The notes under the pieces are model-generated. The model made no database searches and had not been told where the DNA came from. It saw nothing but the letters and a program-made list of their open reading frames with translations. Source: Promethearchaeota archaeon (GTDB lineage: Archaea; Asgardarchaeota; Lokiarchaeia; Sigyniarchaeales; SOKP01). Taken from it: DNA of 43,025 nt. The stretch spans positions 1-43,025 of the forward strand of contig JAGXNO010000034.1 of assembly GCA_019894975.1 (NCBI GenBank), given 5' to 3'. Below are positions 17,813 to 27,347 of the stretch, piece after piece. Position numbers and translations under genes: made by a program. Positions within the stretch are counted from its first letter, which is position 1. Every line of letters starts with the position of its first letter.

Positions 17813-18940
17813 ATGGTAGAAACTAATTTTACAATAATAGATAATCAAGCGACAACAATAATTATAATAGCGACAATAATTTTTGTCTTTGTTTGTAGAA
17901 AGCGTCGTGACCTATTGAAATGGCTTCCTTCTTATTTTCTAGTCATGATAGGGCAGTTATTAAGTGCATTTCATAATTTTTTAGGAGAAACAGGAAGCAT
18001 ATTAATGAATGTTCTCTTCGTTCTTTCTATAATTTTAATATTCATTGGGGTAACCAAAGAATATTATTCCACATTTATTGAACCAAAATTAAATAATAAA
18101 ATTAATGAAAAAAATCTGTTTGGGATGTTTTCAATATTGCCTATTATACTTGGTGCAGAATTTCTTATCCTAACTCTTTCTCTCTTAAGTATTTTCATGC
18201 AATTTAAATTATATCTAAAAAATAGGTCCCCAACATACGCTTTTTTCATTTTAACGCTAGTTGCTGCTTTTCTCACGATTCTTTCTTCAACAATAAGAGA
18301 CTTAGATTTAATAGAGACAAATGAATTTGGTATAGGAATGACAATTATATTTGTTTCTTTAATGTTAATAACTGGTCTTGTTGCTATATTAGAATTACAA
18401 ACTGAAAAATTTCAAAAATCATTGAGAAACATATTGGCTGAGAGTTCCTCCGCAAGCATAAATGTATCGAATATTGCAACAGAATTATCTGCAAGTGCAA
18501 GTGAAGTAAATGCTGCATCCGAAGAAATTTCGTCTTCTACACAAGAAGCCACTTCCATAACCGAAGAAGTAATGAATTTGTCAAATAAAATTTTGAATAT
18601 TATGAATATAATCACAAGTATTTCAGATCAAACCAATTTGCTAGCTTTAAATGCTAGTATAGAAGCAGGAAGGGCGGGGATGCATGGGCGCGGATTCGCA
18701 TTTGTGGCTAGTGAAGTGAGAAAATTAGCAGAGAACTCTAAAAATGCCATTTCAAGCACGGATACGGATATAACTGAAATTATCCACAAAATCAGAACTG
18801 TTTCTCAATCGATGGAGGGAATAACTGCTAGTGCTGAGCAACAAACGGCTTCGATGGAAGAGATAGCTGCTACAGCAAATAAATTAGATAAATTAGCTGA
18901 ATCTTTAAAAGCATCTCTAATTCAAAGTAAAAAACTCTAG
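17813..18940 (+). CDS. Methyl-accepting chemotaxis-like protein: about 6 TM helices + shortened signalling hairpin
   Basis: [36 protein letters not shown] hairpin tip; hydrophobic N-terminal half. Confidence 0.85.
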   Translation: MVETNFTIIDNQATTIIIIATIIFVFVCRKRRDLLKWLPSYFLVMIGQLLSAFHNFLGETGSILMNVLFVLSIILIFIGVTKEYYSTFIEPKLNNKINEKNLFGMFSILPIILGAEFLILTLSLLSIFMQFKLYLKNRSPTYAFFILTLVAAFLTILSSTIRDLDLIETNEFGIGMTIIFVSLMLITGLVAILELQTEKFQKSLRNILAESSSASINVSNIATELSASASEVNAASEEISSSTQEATSITEEVMNLSNKILNIMNIITSISDQTNLLALNASIEAGRAGMHGRGFAFVASEVRKLAENSKNAISSTDTDITEIIHKIRTVSQSMEGITASAEQQTASMEEIAATANKLDKLAESLKASLIQSKKL

Positions 18941-19087
18941 AGGAAATTTTTCTCTTTTTTCTATTTTTCTTCTTATAAAAAATAAAGATTCCAGAAAGAA
19001 TTATAAGGTATAGATTAAAAATTAATTTAAGAAGGAATTCAGTTTCAATGAAGGTTTTTAATTTATATATTTAAAATATGATATTAT

Positions 19088-20473
19088 ATGGCTTCTCAAG
19101 TTATTGAACGTAAATTAGTGAATAATAATATTTTTTTTGTAATCCCAAGTTGGGGAAATGTACTCGGGTACCCAACGCTTGGTAATTATGCAAATCATAA
19201 GATTTCTAAAATCTCCCAGGATCTAGTTATATTCTTAAGTGGTACCGAATGTGCTATATCAACAGAATTCGGAACGCATTATTATTTATTTGGGTTAGGA
19301 TATTATTACGTTAAATTTGAATTACAATCTGGAAGATATATTACAGACAATCGACAATTAACAGGCTTAATGTTAAACGATTTTGTTTATGATCACTTAG
19401 CAACTTCAAAAAACATTACATTAGAAAATGATAGAGATGTTATTGTTGGTGAAAAATTAGTTAAATTGCCGATTGACATGTCATTCAAATCAGAAAACAA
19501 GATAACGTTCATCCAAGGCACTCTTATGCGAAATTTATTTATTCCCTATAAAGACATCTTCTTGGAGTTCATGGAAACAATTCGCGATCCCCAATCCTTT
19601 CAATTAAATAAAAATGGTCACATGATGTTAAGTACGGAAAGGGATTCTTATAATAAAATATTGATATCAGGGGATATGGAATACGAACCTAAAGCCGCAT
19701 ATTTAAATCCTACAGCCGGATTATCTGGAATTACTTTTGGAGCAGACAGACATTTAGCGGATAATTTTACATCCTCTGAATTAAAACAAATTAAAGAAAC
19801 GATTATAAAATTGAAAATTCTCTTTTCTTCTATTGACTATGATCCTATGTTTTTGTTTTCAATTATTGAAAACTCAGCTCCTGTACTCAACACATCTCAA
19901 CCCATTACATTTAATCTTGAGAATGACCGTATGGATAAAAGAATGCCTAAAGAATCAATTTTCATTTCAGCTGAAAATAGGATGAATTCTTTCAAAGAAT
20001 GGCCTCAAGAATTTAAAAGACAAACAAAAGCTCAATCAGAAAATAGTGGTATCCGAGAAAAATCTAGACTATATCAACCTAAAAAACAAGAGAAGCTTGT
20101 AAAACCTGCTGTTATGAAACTACAAAAGAAAGAAGAGGAATTTCAATTGAGGACAATGAACCATCCTTTTGTAGAAAAAAAACCTCTTCCATATATGCCC
20201 CATGATAATGTTATGGAAATTCTTTTGACTTTAAAAAAGATTGTTGAAGAAAATTATGAGATGAACACTATTGGAAAAGCGTTTGATATCGCAAGAAACA
20301 ACATAAAAAAGAAGGTCCTTCATGAAAATTATCTATGGGATCTTAGCAAATATGCAAATCTTTATCAACGAACAGAACCTAATCTAGGATTAAGCCCAAA
20401 AGAAACCACAGAACTTCTTGAAGAAATTGATAAGTGGGTAAAAATATCAATAGAGCACTCTGATAAATTATAA
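19088..20473 (+). CDS. Hypothetical protein (globular N-domain, low-complexity linker, C-terminal helical domain)
   Basis: 461-aa ORF with host-like composition; no family recognised. Confidence 0.75.
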   Translation: MASQVIERKLVNNNIFFVIPSWGNVLGYPTLGNYANHKISKISQDLVIFLSGTECAISTEFGTHYYLFGLGYYYVKFELQSGRYITDNRQLTGLMLNDFVYDHLATSKNITLENDRDVIVGEKLVKLPIDMSFKSENKITFIQGTLMRNLFIPYKDIFLEFMETIRDPQSFQLNKNGHMMLSTERDSYNKILISGDMEYEPKAAYLNPTAGLSGITFGADRHLADNFTSSELKQIKETIIKLKILFSSIDYDPMFLFSIIENSAPVLNTSQPITFNLENDRMDKRMPKESIFISAENRMNSFKEWPQEFKRQTKAQSENSGIREKSRLYQPKKQEKLVKPAVMKLQKKEEEFQLRTMNHPFVEKKPLPYMPHDNVMEILLTLKKIVEENYEMNTIGKAFDIARNNIKKKVLHENYLWDLSKYANLYQRTEPNLGLSPKETTELLEEIDKWVKISIEHSDKL

Positions 20474-20494
20474 TATCAAAATTAAGATTTACTT

Positions 20495-21154
20495 ATGGCA
20501 AATATCAAATCGATTGTAGATAAACTGCAGAAACATTATCCCGATGCCTCTCAAGTTGCGGTTGTAGAGAGATCGGGAAAATTATTACATTCCCGTGGTA
20601 AGTGGGATGTAAAAAGAGACATTAAAGATGTAATCACTAATTGGAATAATGGGAATGCTCAATTTGTAACTCTTGATGGCATTAGATATTCTATTTTACA
20701 AATGGAACCTGAGCGATTCATCGCAACAAATCGTAAAAACAAGGGTCATTTGATTGGAGCGTCTACTCCAGACGGAAATACGCTTTTTATTGCTCATATA
20801 AAACCAAAAACAAAGGGCTGGTTTCATATGGCATATCCCGCTGTAGCTAGAGCTGCTGCTATGATAACAAAGAAATCAGAATCGCAGTTTATAGAAACTG
20901 ATGTTGATTTATCAAATGTGAGTGAAACTAATGTAGTAGAATCCTCCACAGGATATAATTCTTCTAGCGTTCTCGTACAACAATCATCGATAGATTCTTC
21001 TCTTAAAGCTGAAATTGATGGATTCTTACAATGGATCAATAATCCTCAAGGATTAGCAGGATATATTTCATATGTCTTGCAGCAAAATGATAACTATAAA
21101 ATATCTCAACTTGCTCAATTGTATAACGAATTCTACGATATTTTCTATGGCTAA
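20495..21154 (+). CDS. Asgard profilin-like protein with C-terminal extension
   Basis: The first ~125 aa carry VAVVERSGKLL..W.V and TLDGIRYSILQMEPERFIATNRKNKGHLIG, matching the G(I/V)KY....ER..GTN..GKGH pattern of Loki profilins as I recall it. Confidence 0.75.
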   Translation: MANIKSIVDKLQKHYPDASQVAVVERSGKLLHSRGKWDVKRDIKDVITNWNNGNAQFVTLDGIRYSILQMEPERFIATNRKNKGHLIGASTPDGNTLFIAHIKPKTKGWFHMAYPAVARAAAMITKKSESQFIETDVDLSNVSETNVVESSTGYNSSSVLVQQSSIDSSLKAEIDGFLQWINNPQGLAGYISYVLQQNDNYKISQLAQLYNEFYDIFYG

Positions 21155-21249
21155 ATTTTCCTTTTATTATTAAATCTTAATTGTAACTTTTATTATCTTG
21201 AGTAAATTATATTTTATTAATCTAAAATTCTAATTTAACTAGAGAAAAA

Positions 21250-22020
21250 ATGTCATTACCTTCTAAAAAAGCGATACAAGTAGATGAGAATACAACAGAT
21301 TATGAGTATAAGATGCTAAATCATGTTATGCAACTTCGATACCATGAAGAGAAATGCGTTGAATGTGGCTTCTGCACACGTGTTTGTCCTGTTACTATCT
21401 CGATTTACGATGAACCCTTGAAAAAAACAGCTATAGGCACTCCAGCTTTTATGAAAGTCGAATCTGATAAAAAGATCGTAGTTGATACTGATAAATGCGT
21501 TTGGTGCGGTAGTTGTACATGGATCTGTCCGGGTTATACCTTAGAACTATTTATTAATGGTGAAAAAAAGCTTAACCTTGTTGATAATGGTTCTCTTCCA
21601 GAATTTGACGAAGAGGTTCGAACTTTAGAGAATGGAAATAAAGTTCGCAAGGTAGTAGAAGGTTCTATAACAATTACCTGCAATGAAAAAGACACAAAAG
21701 TGTTAGATGCATTTTGCGATGAGTGTGCTGTAGTTGCTATGGAACGTCAAGATAAAGAGATAAAAGTTGATCGCGATAAATGTATTCTATGTTTCAAATG
21801 TACTGAAGCTGCTAATAACTATGATAACATAAGTGTGGAAGTACATCGTGATAGATTTAGAAATATAAAGGGAGAGCCCTCTTCTATATGGAATGGAATA
21901 ATGTTAAGACTTCTTGGAAAAGAAGGGAAAGTTAAAGGAATTTTAAGCCGTAGTCAAAACAAACTCGCAGATGCGGTTATTAGATTACTAGGCCGAGAAG
22001 AAACAGAAGAAGAATCTTAG
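21250..22020 (+). CDS. 4Fe-4S polyferredoxin (FwdF-like)
   Basis: CVECGFCTRVCP, CVWCGSCTWICP and a partly degenerate second pair (CDEC; CILCFKC). Confidence 0.8.
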   Translation: MSLPSKKAIQVDENTTDYEYKMLNHVMQLRYHEEKCVECGFCTRVCPVTISIYDEPLKKTAIGTPAFMKVESDKKIVVDTDKCVWCGSCTWICPGYTLELFINGEKKLNLVDNGSLPEFDEEVRTLENGNKVRKVVEGSITITCNEKDTKVLDAFCDECAVVAMERQDKEIKVDRDKCILCFKCTEAANNYDNISVEVHRDRFRNIKGEPSSIWNGIMLRLLGKEGKVKGILSRSQNKLADAVIRLLGREETEEES

Positions 22021-22103
22021 TTTAATTTTATTTTGGCATTACTCTTTAGTATTACTTCTTGTTTTTATTAAATTATCTTTATAATCCAAATTGTGAATGA
22101 AAA

Positions 22104-22610
22104 ATGGAGGAATCTTTAGAACAATGGTTAGCAAAGCATAATATTAAATACATCTTACATAGTCATACTGCGGTTTTTACAGTACCTGAAGCGAAAATTC
22201 ATGCGGGACACATATCGGGATCTCATTGTAAGAACTTATTCCTCAAAAATAAAAAGTCAGGACAATTATATCTAGTGACAATTCCGTATGATAAGCGATT
22301 GGATCTTAATCAATTCCGCAAGATGATTGGTGCCCCAAAAATACGATTTGCAGGTCCAGAGGATCTTCTTGAAGTGTTGGGTATTACACCTGGTGCTGTA
22401 TCCCCACTCGGTTTAGTAAATGATACAGATGATAAAGTAATATTCATGATTGATGAAAATATTTGGAATGCTAATGAGATTTGTTGCCATCCTAATGTAA
22501 ATACTGAAACTCTCCAAATTCCGGGCACTGAATTTCAGAAATTAATTAAAGCTACCGGAACTACTATGGAGATTAAGAACCTGCCCTATTTAGAACTAAC
22601 AAATAATTAA
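22104..22610 (+). CDS. YbaK/ProX-family aminoacyl-tRNA deacylase (PrdX-like)
   Basis: H..VFT, CKNLFLK, LGITPGAVSPLGLVND and HPNVNT. Confidence 0.9.
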   Translation: MEESLEQWLAKHNIKYILHSHTAVFTVPEAKIHAGHISGSHCKNLFLKNKKSGQLYLVTIPYDKRLDLNQFRKMIGAPKIRFAGPEDLLEVLGITPGAVSPLGLVNDTDDKVIFMIDENIWNANEICCHPNVNTETLQIPGTEFQKLIKATGTTMEIKNLPYLELTNN

Positions 22611-22628
22611 AGCTATTTAATTTGATTT

Positions 22629-23558
22629 TTAGTTTATATTCTGAAGTCCCTTATAATAATTTAAAGCATTTTTAACCACCGATTCCAGACTAATTTTAAG
22701 AACTGGCATGCTGGAAAAATCTTTATAAACTGTATCCCATATTAAATCTAATAAAAATTTAAGATCATTAAGTTTTTCATTATTTTGGTTAAAAATGTCC
22801 ATCCATGTATTGTACATCGAGACGGAATTATCTAAAAAACGCTTAATATCGCTGTCAGTAAATACACCGAAATGCGCGATGCAGAGATAATCTAAATCTA
22901 GTGACCTCATTTTTTCAATTGATTCAAGATAATCTTTTTCTTGCCAATATACTGAATTCGCATTACATACAAAAAAATTAGTGAACCACCGCATCCCAGG
23001 AGCATCACCAACAAAGGCACATTTATTTTTCTCATCGAATATAGAGATATGATCTGGCATATGCCCTGGAGTTTCGATGATTTCTAAGTAAAAGTCATCA
23101 TCAAGGAACAGTTTTTCTTTATCTTTCAAAGGAGACACTCCTTCTATATTAAGATAATCAGAGTAATATGGTTCATCTTCAAAACAAACGTTATATGATT
23201 GATCCTCCAAATTTGGGATCGCTTTTTCAGAGGCAAATATCTCAATTGGAGCTAATCCTTCCTCTTCCACTTTTTCTCGAAGAGTAATTACTCCTTGAGT
23301 GTGATCCCAATGAGAATGAGTGAGAATTAGTTTTTGTAAAGGCCATGCGCCGAATTTCTTTAAGGTTTCATAAACAGTAGAAGCCCCACTTCGAGAACCG
23401 GAATTAATTAAACAGTTAGCACCACTTTCTGTTTGTATTAAGTAAGTAGCATGCCCATTTCTAGATTGAATCCCTTCCTTATTTAGGTAAATAGCATCAA
23501 TAAGCCAGGTGTTATCATTAAATTTACCAGTTTTGTAAATATATCCCATAATTAACAA
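22629..23558 (-). CDS. Metallo-beta-lactamase-fold hydrolase
   Basis: THSHWDH, TPGH, GDA and HFG. Confidence 0.9.
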   Translation of the reverse strand: MLIMGYIYKTGKFNDNTWLIDAIYLNKEGIQSRNGHATYLIQTESGANCLINSGSRSGASTVYETLKKFGAWPLQKLILTHSHWDHTQGVITLREKVEEEGLAPIEIFASEKAIPNLEDQSYNVCFEDEPYYSDYLNIEGVSPLKDKEKLFLDDDFYLEIIETPGHMPDHISIFDEKNKCAFVGDAPGMRWFTNFFVCNANSVYWQEKDYLESIEKMRSLDLDYLCIAHFGVFTDSDIKRFLDNSVSMYNTWMDIFNQNNEKLNDLKFLLDLIWDTVYKDFSSMPVLKISLESVVKNALNYYKGLQNIN

Positions 23559-23617
23559 CCTTTTAATCAGTTTAAGTAGTCAAAAAGAATTTAAATTTAA
23601 AAAGAATAGTATTTGAT

Positions 23618-24409
23618 TTAAGAATACTTCTTGTATAATCCTTGTATGAATTCATCCAGCTCCTTCATGGATTTCTTCTCAGTAGCATACGCAATTTTCG
23701 CGCATTCATCTTCTAAATCGAAGCATGATTTTATGAAGCCTTTATTCATTATTGTTAGCATCGATTTTATAAAGAAGAGAAATTCTGTCTGATATTTACT
23801 TAACTGTTTCACAAACGAGAGCGTTTCAGTTTCTAATTGGTCAAGAGGGAATATTCTTGTAGGGAAGTTGATGTTTTTAAGTTCTTCTAATCCAACTTTA
23901 TCAGTAGTAAAAAGCAAGTTTTTGGCGTAATTCAATCCAAATGCTAATAACGGTAGAAGCGTTGCACCGGTTTGAGGAAAGGCTGAAATAGCTATTTCAG
24001 GTAAACGCAAATATAATTCTTCTTTTGAACGATCGGCAATTATCTTTAAATCGCATGCTAAGATAACCATGACACCAAATCCAACTGCAATTCCTTGCAC
24101 TTGAGCTACTATCGGCTTTTTCATGAGAATCAAGGTTTGATTTATCTTTCTTCCCCATTCCGTTATTAATGTCACATTCTCAGGGGAGCCTTGAATTTCC
24201 TTTAGGTCATAACCAGCTGAAAAAAAGCGTTGTCCCGAGCTTTTAATTAGAAGACATTTAACTTTTTCATCTTGATCAGCTTTAATTAAGCTTTCATGGA
24301 TTCGTTTTAACATCGCGACATTGCAGGAATTTGCCTTATCTGGTCTGTTAATTGTAATTGTAGCGATACGTCCTTTTACATCATACAAAATTAATTCTGG
24401 GTTACTCAT
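23618..24409 (-). CDS. Enoyl-CoA hydratase/isomerase family protein
   Basis: ITINRPDKAN, FSAGYDL, KPIVAQVQG.AVG.G and LPE. Confidence 0.9.
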   Translation of the reverse strand: MSNPELILYDVKGRIATITINRPDKANSCNVAMLKRIHESLIKADQDEKVKCLLIKSSGQRFFSAGYDLKEIQGSPENVTLITEWGRKINQTLILMKKPIVAQVQGIAVGFGVMVILACDLKIIADRSKEELYLRLPEIAISAFPQTGATLLPLLAFGLNYAKNLLFTTDKVGLEELKNINFPTRIFPLDQLETETLSFVKQLSKYQTEFLFFIKSMLTIMNKGFIKSCFDLEDECAKIAYATEKKSMKELDEFIQGLYKKYS

Positions 24410-24463
24410 AAGGTATTTAACTTAGAATATAATTTAAAATTCATTACAATTATAGAGACTAAT

Positions 24464-25984
24464 TTGAATTTAAGAATTATGACAGGTAAAGTAGAAATAA
24501 AAGGATTGTGCGAACCTCGATTTGAGGCTGTTAAAGATGCATTTACACAAAACTTTGAAGAAGGGATGGAAGTTGGTGCGACTTTTGCGGTAACAATTGA
24601 CGGTAAATATGTAATTGATATATGGGGAGGGTATAAAGATAAAGAAAAAACTCAACCTTGGGAAAAAGATACAATTTGTAATGTATATAGTACGACAAAA
24701 GTTCCTACCGTACTTTGTACAATGATGTGTGTAGATCGAGGTCTCCTAGATTTAGATGAAAAAGTCATGAAATATTGGCCAGAGTTTGGACAAAACGGAA
24801 AGGAAAATGTTTTAGTAAGACACTTGTTAAGTCATACTTCAGGTTTAGCAGGAATCGAAGAAGAGATTCCTTCAAGTACTTATTATGATTGGAATAAAGC
24901 TACTAGTCTTTTAGCTGCTCAGAAACCATGGTGGGAACCAGGTACTAAATGTGGTTATCATGCTATTACTCATGGATATTTGTTAGGTGAAGTGGTAAGG
25001 AGAGTTACTGGAAAAACACTTGGAACGTTTTTCAAGGAAGAGATAGCTAATCCTCTTAATATAGATTTTCATATTGGATTAGCAGAGAAACATACTCCGC
25101 GCGTTTCCAAATTGATTCCAGGGATTCCTAATATGGCTTTGATACCTCTTCTTATGGACGCTATATTTAAGAGAGCTAATGATTCGGAAATAATTAAGAG
25201 AGAAATTAAGAATTTAGAGAAAAAGGTAATACTTGATTATGGGGATGATGATCAATTTGCTATTACAATATCGAATGGAAAGATTCAGTTTACGGTTGGG
25301 AAAATCGATAATCCCGATTGTAAATTTACCACTACAAAAGATCGATTAGGAGTAATGAATTGGTTATTTACTAGTATAAATGAAGAACCAGACTATATAG
25401 CGGAAAATTTGAAAATGGAAGGGAAACCTGAGGATATCGATCAAATTAAGAAGCTTTTTGAATTAGTTGCTAAAGAGGCTAAAAGGTCAGGATCTGTAGG
25501 AATTAAAATGGCTCTAACCCCAATGGGAATACGAAACAGATCTGGAGACCGTGAATGGCAAGCTGCAGAAATCCCTGCTGGTAATGGTCATGGGAATGCA
25601 AGATCTGTAGCACGGATAGCAGCGATAATTGCTTGTGAAGGAGAACTTGATGGTAAAAGAATAATATCCAAGGAAACTCTCGAAAAAATACTTGAAGAAC
25701 AAATTCATGATAGAGATCTTGTCATGGCCTATCCTATACGCTGGGGTTTGGGAGTAGGATTACCAACTAAAGTACGTCCACGTCCAAATTTGCGAACTTG
25801 TTTTTGGGGAGGAGCTGGTGGTTCTGCTATATCAATGGATCTTGATGATCATATTGGATTAGGGTACGTAATGAACCAAATGAGAAATCAAACTATGCAA
25901 GAAACTGCTGCGAATATGTATCATTCAGATACCCGTGGGAATAGATTAATCACCGCATTATATGAATCATTGGGATTGATCTAA
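24464..25984 (+). CDS. Beta-lactamase-family serine hydrolase (EstA/family VIII esterase-like) with internal SCP2-like insertion
   Basis: YSTTK (SxxK), LLSHTSG, WEPGTKCGYHA and WGGAGGS; about 120 extra aa in the middle. True start may be ATG 24479. Confidence 0.88.
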   Translation: MNLRIMTGKVEIKGLCEPRFEAVKDAFTQNFEEGMEVGATFAVTIDGKYVIDIWGGYKDKEKTQPWEKDTICNVYSTTKVPTVLCTMMCVDRGLLDLDEKVMKYWPEFGQNGKENVLVRHLLSHTSGLAGIEEEIPSSTYYDWNKATSLLAAQKPWWEPGTKCGYHAITHGYLLGEVVRRVTGKTLGTFFKEEIANPLNIDFHIGLAEKHTPRVSKLIPGIPNMALIPLLMDAIFKRANDSEIIKREIKNLEKKVILDYGDDDQFAITISNGKIQFTVGKIDNPDCKFTTTKDRLGVMNWLFTSINEEPDYIAENLKMEGKPEDIDQIKKLFELVAKEAKRSGSVGIKMALTPMGIRNRSGDREWQAAEIPAGNGHGNARSVARIAAIIACEGELDGKRIISKETLEKILEEQIHDRDLVMAYPIRWGLGVGLPTKVRPRPNLRTCFWGGAGGSAISMDLDDHIGLGYVMNQMRNQTMQETAANMYHSDTRGNRLITALYESLGLI

Positions 25985-26129
25985 AATATCTTATTTTCTT
26001 TATTTTTTTCTTTGGTGAAATTCAGTGATTTCATCATTCATATCTATAAAAATACAAAACTATAAAATTTTAAAACTATCTACCACATAATTAGATTAGA
26101 ATTTAATCAAAAATTAAACGTGAATATAA

Positions 26130-27131
26130 ATGGTAAAAAGAGTTGCTATAAACGGATTTGGAAGAATCGGACGATTATTCTTTAGAACTGCTTGGGGAAA
26201 CCCAGAAATAGAGATTGTTTCAATTAACGATCTTTTTGAACCAAAATATCTAGCTTATGTATTGAAATATGATACAGTTCATGGTAAATGGCCAGGAACT
26301 GTTGAGGCTGAAGAAAACGCCTTAATCGTTGACGGAAAAAGAATCCCTATAACTGCTGAAAGAGATCCAGCGAATTTACCACACGGAAGCAATAATATTG
26401 ATGTGGTGGTTGAGTCTACAGGATTTTTTATAAACAGAGAAGGAGCTCAAAAACATCTAACTGCAGGAGCAAAGAAAGTCGTGATTAGTGCTCCAGCAAC
26501 TGATCCAGATATTACTGTAGTCCTTGGGTGCAATGATGATAAAATCACCGAAGAACATAAAATTATCTCAAATGCTTCATGTACAACTAACTGTCTCGCA
26601 CCAATCGTAAAAGTTTTACACGAGAACTACAAGATATCCAAAGGGATTATGACTACGATACATGGTTATACAGGTCCACAAAAAACAGTCGATACTGCTG
26701 TGGCTGGAGCCCCAATTAAGATGATTAGAGGACGAGCGGCAGCACAGAATATTATCCCCACTTCAACAGGTGCAGCGAAAGCCATCGGTGCAGTCTTTCC
26801 GGATTTAAACGGAAAACTAGATGGAATTGCTATGAGAGTTCCTGTCCCTGACGGAAGTTGCGTAGACTTAAAATGCATAGTAGAAAATCCTCCAACAGTC
26901 GAGGATATAAATGCTAAAATGAAAGTTGCTTCCGAAAGCTACTTAAAAGGGATTTTAGAATATACAGATGACCCTATAGTTAGTAGTGATATTATCGGAA
27001 ACCCTGCAAGCTCTATCTTTTGTTCTTTATGGACAAAAGTAATCGGTAATTTAGTTGCAGTAGTTTCTTGGTATGATAATGAAATGGGCTACTCTAACCG
27101 GATAGCTGATTTAATTGTAAAGAAATTGTAG
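26130..27131 (+). CDS. gap: Class I glyceraldehyde-3-phosphate dehydrogenase
   Basis: INGFGRIGR, ASCTTNCLAP, NIIPTSTGAAKA and SWYDNE. Confidence 0.97.
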   Translation: MVKRVAINGFGRIGRLFFRTAWGNPEIEIVSINDLFEPKYLAYVLKYDTVHGKWPGTVEAEENALIVDGKRIPITAERDPANLPHGSNNIDVVVESTGFFINREGAQKHLTAGAKKVVISAPATDPDITVVLGCNDDKITEEHKIISNASCTTNCLAPIVKVLHENYKISKGIMTTIHGYTGPQKTVDTAVAGAPIKMIRGRAAAQNIIPTSTGAAKAIGAVFPDLNGKLDGIAMRVPVPDGSCVDLKCIVENPPTVEDINAKMKVASESYLKGILEYTDDPIVSSDIIGNPASSIFCSLWTKVIGNLVAVVSWYDNEMGYSNRIADLIVKKL

Positions 27132-27347
27132 ATTTAAACTTTTTATTTTTTTTTATTCTTTTTAAAAAATCAATTAAGTTTCAATAGGAAATTTAGGAAC
27201 AGTATAAAGTTAAAGATTTACTATTTTTAAAATTTAATTGATATCAAACTAAAACCCAGATTTTGCATCAAATTCCCTACAGGAATGATAGAAGAACCAT
27301 TTTGAAAAAGATCTGATCTTATATTTAAAACTACGTGAATAAAAAGT

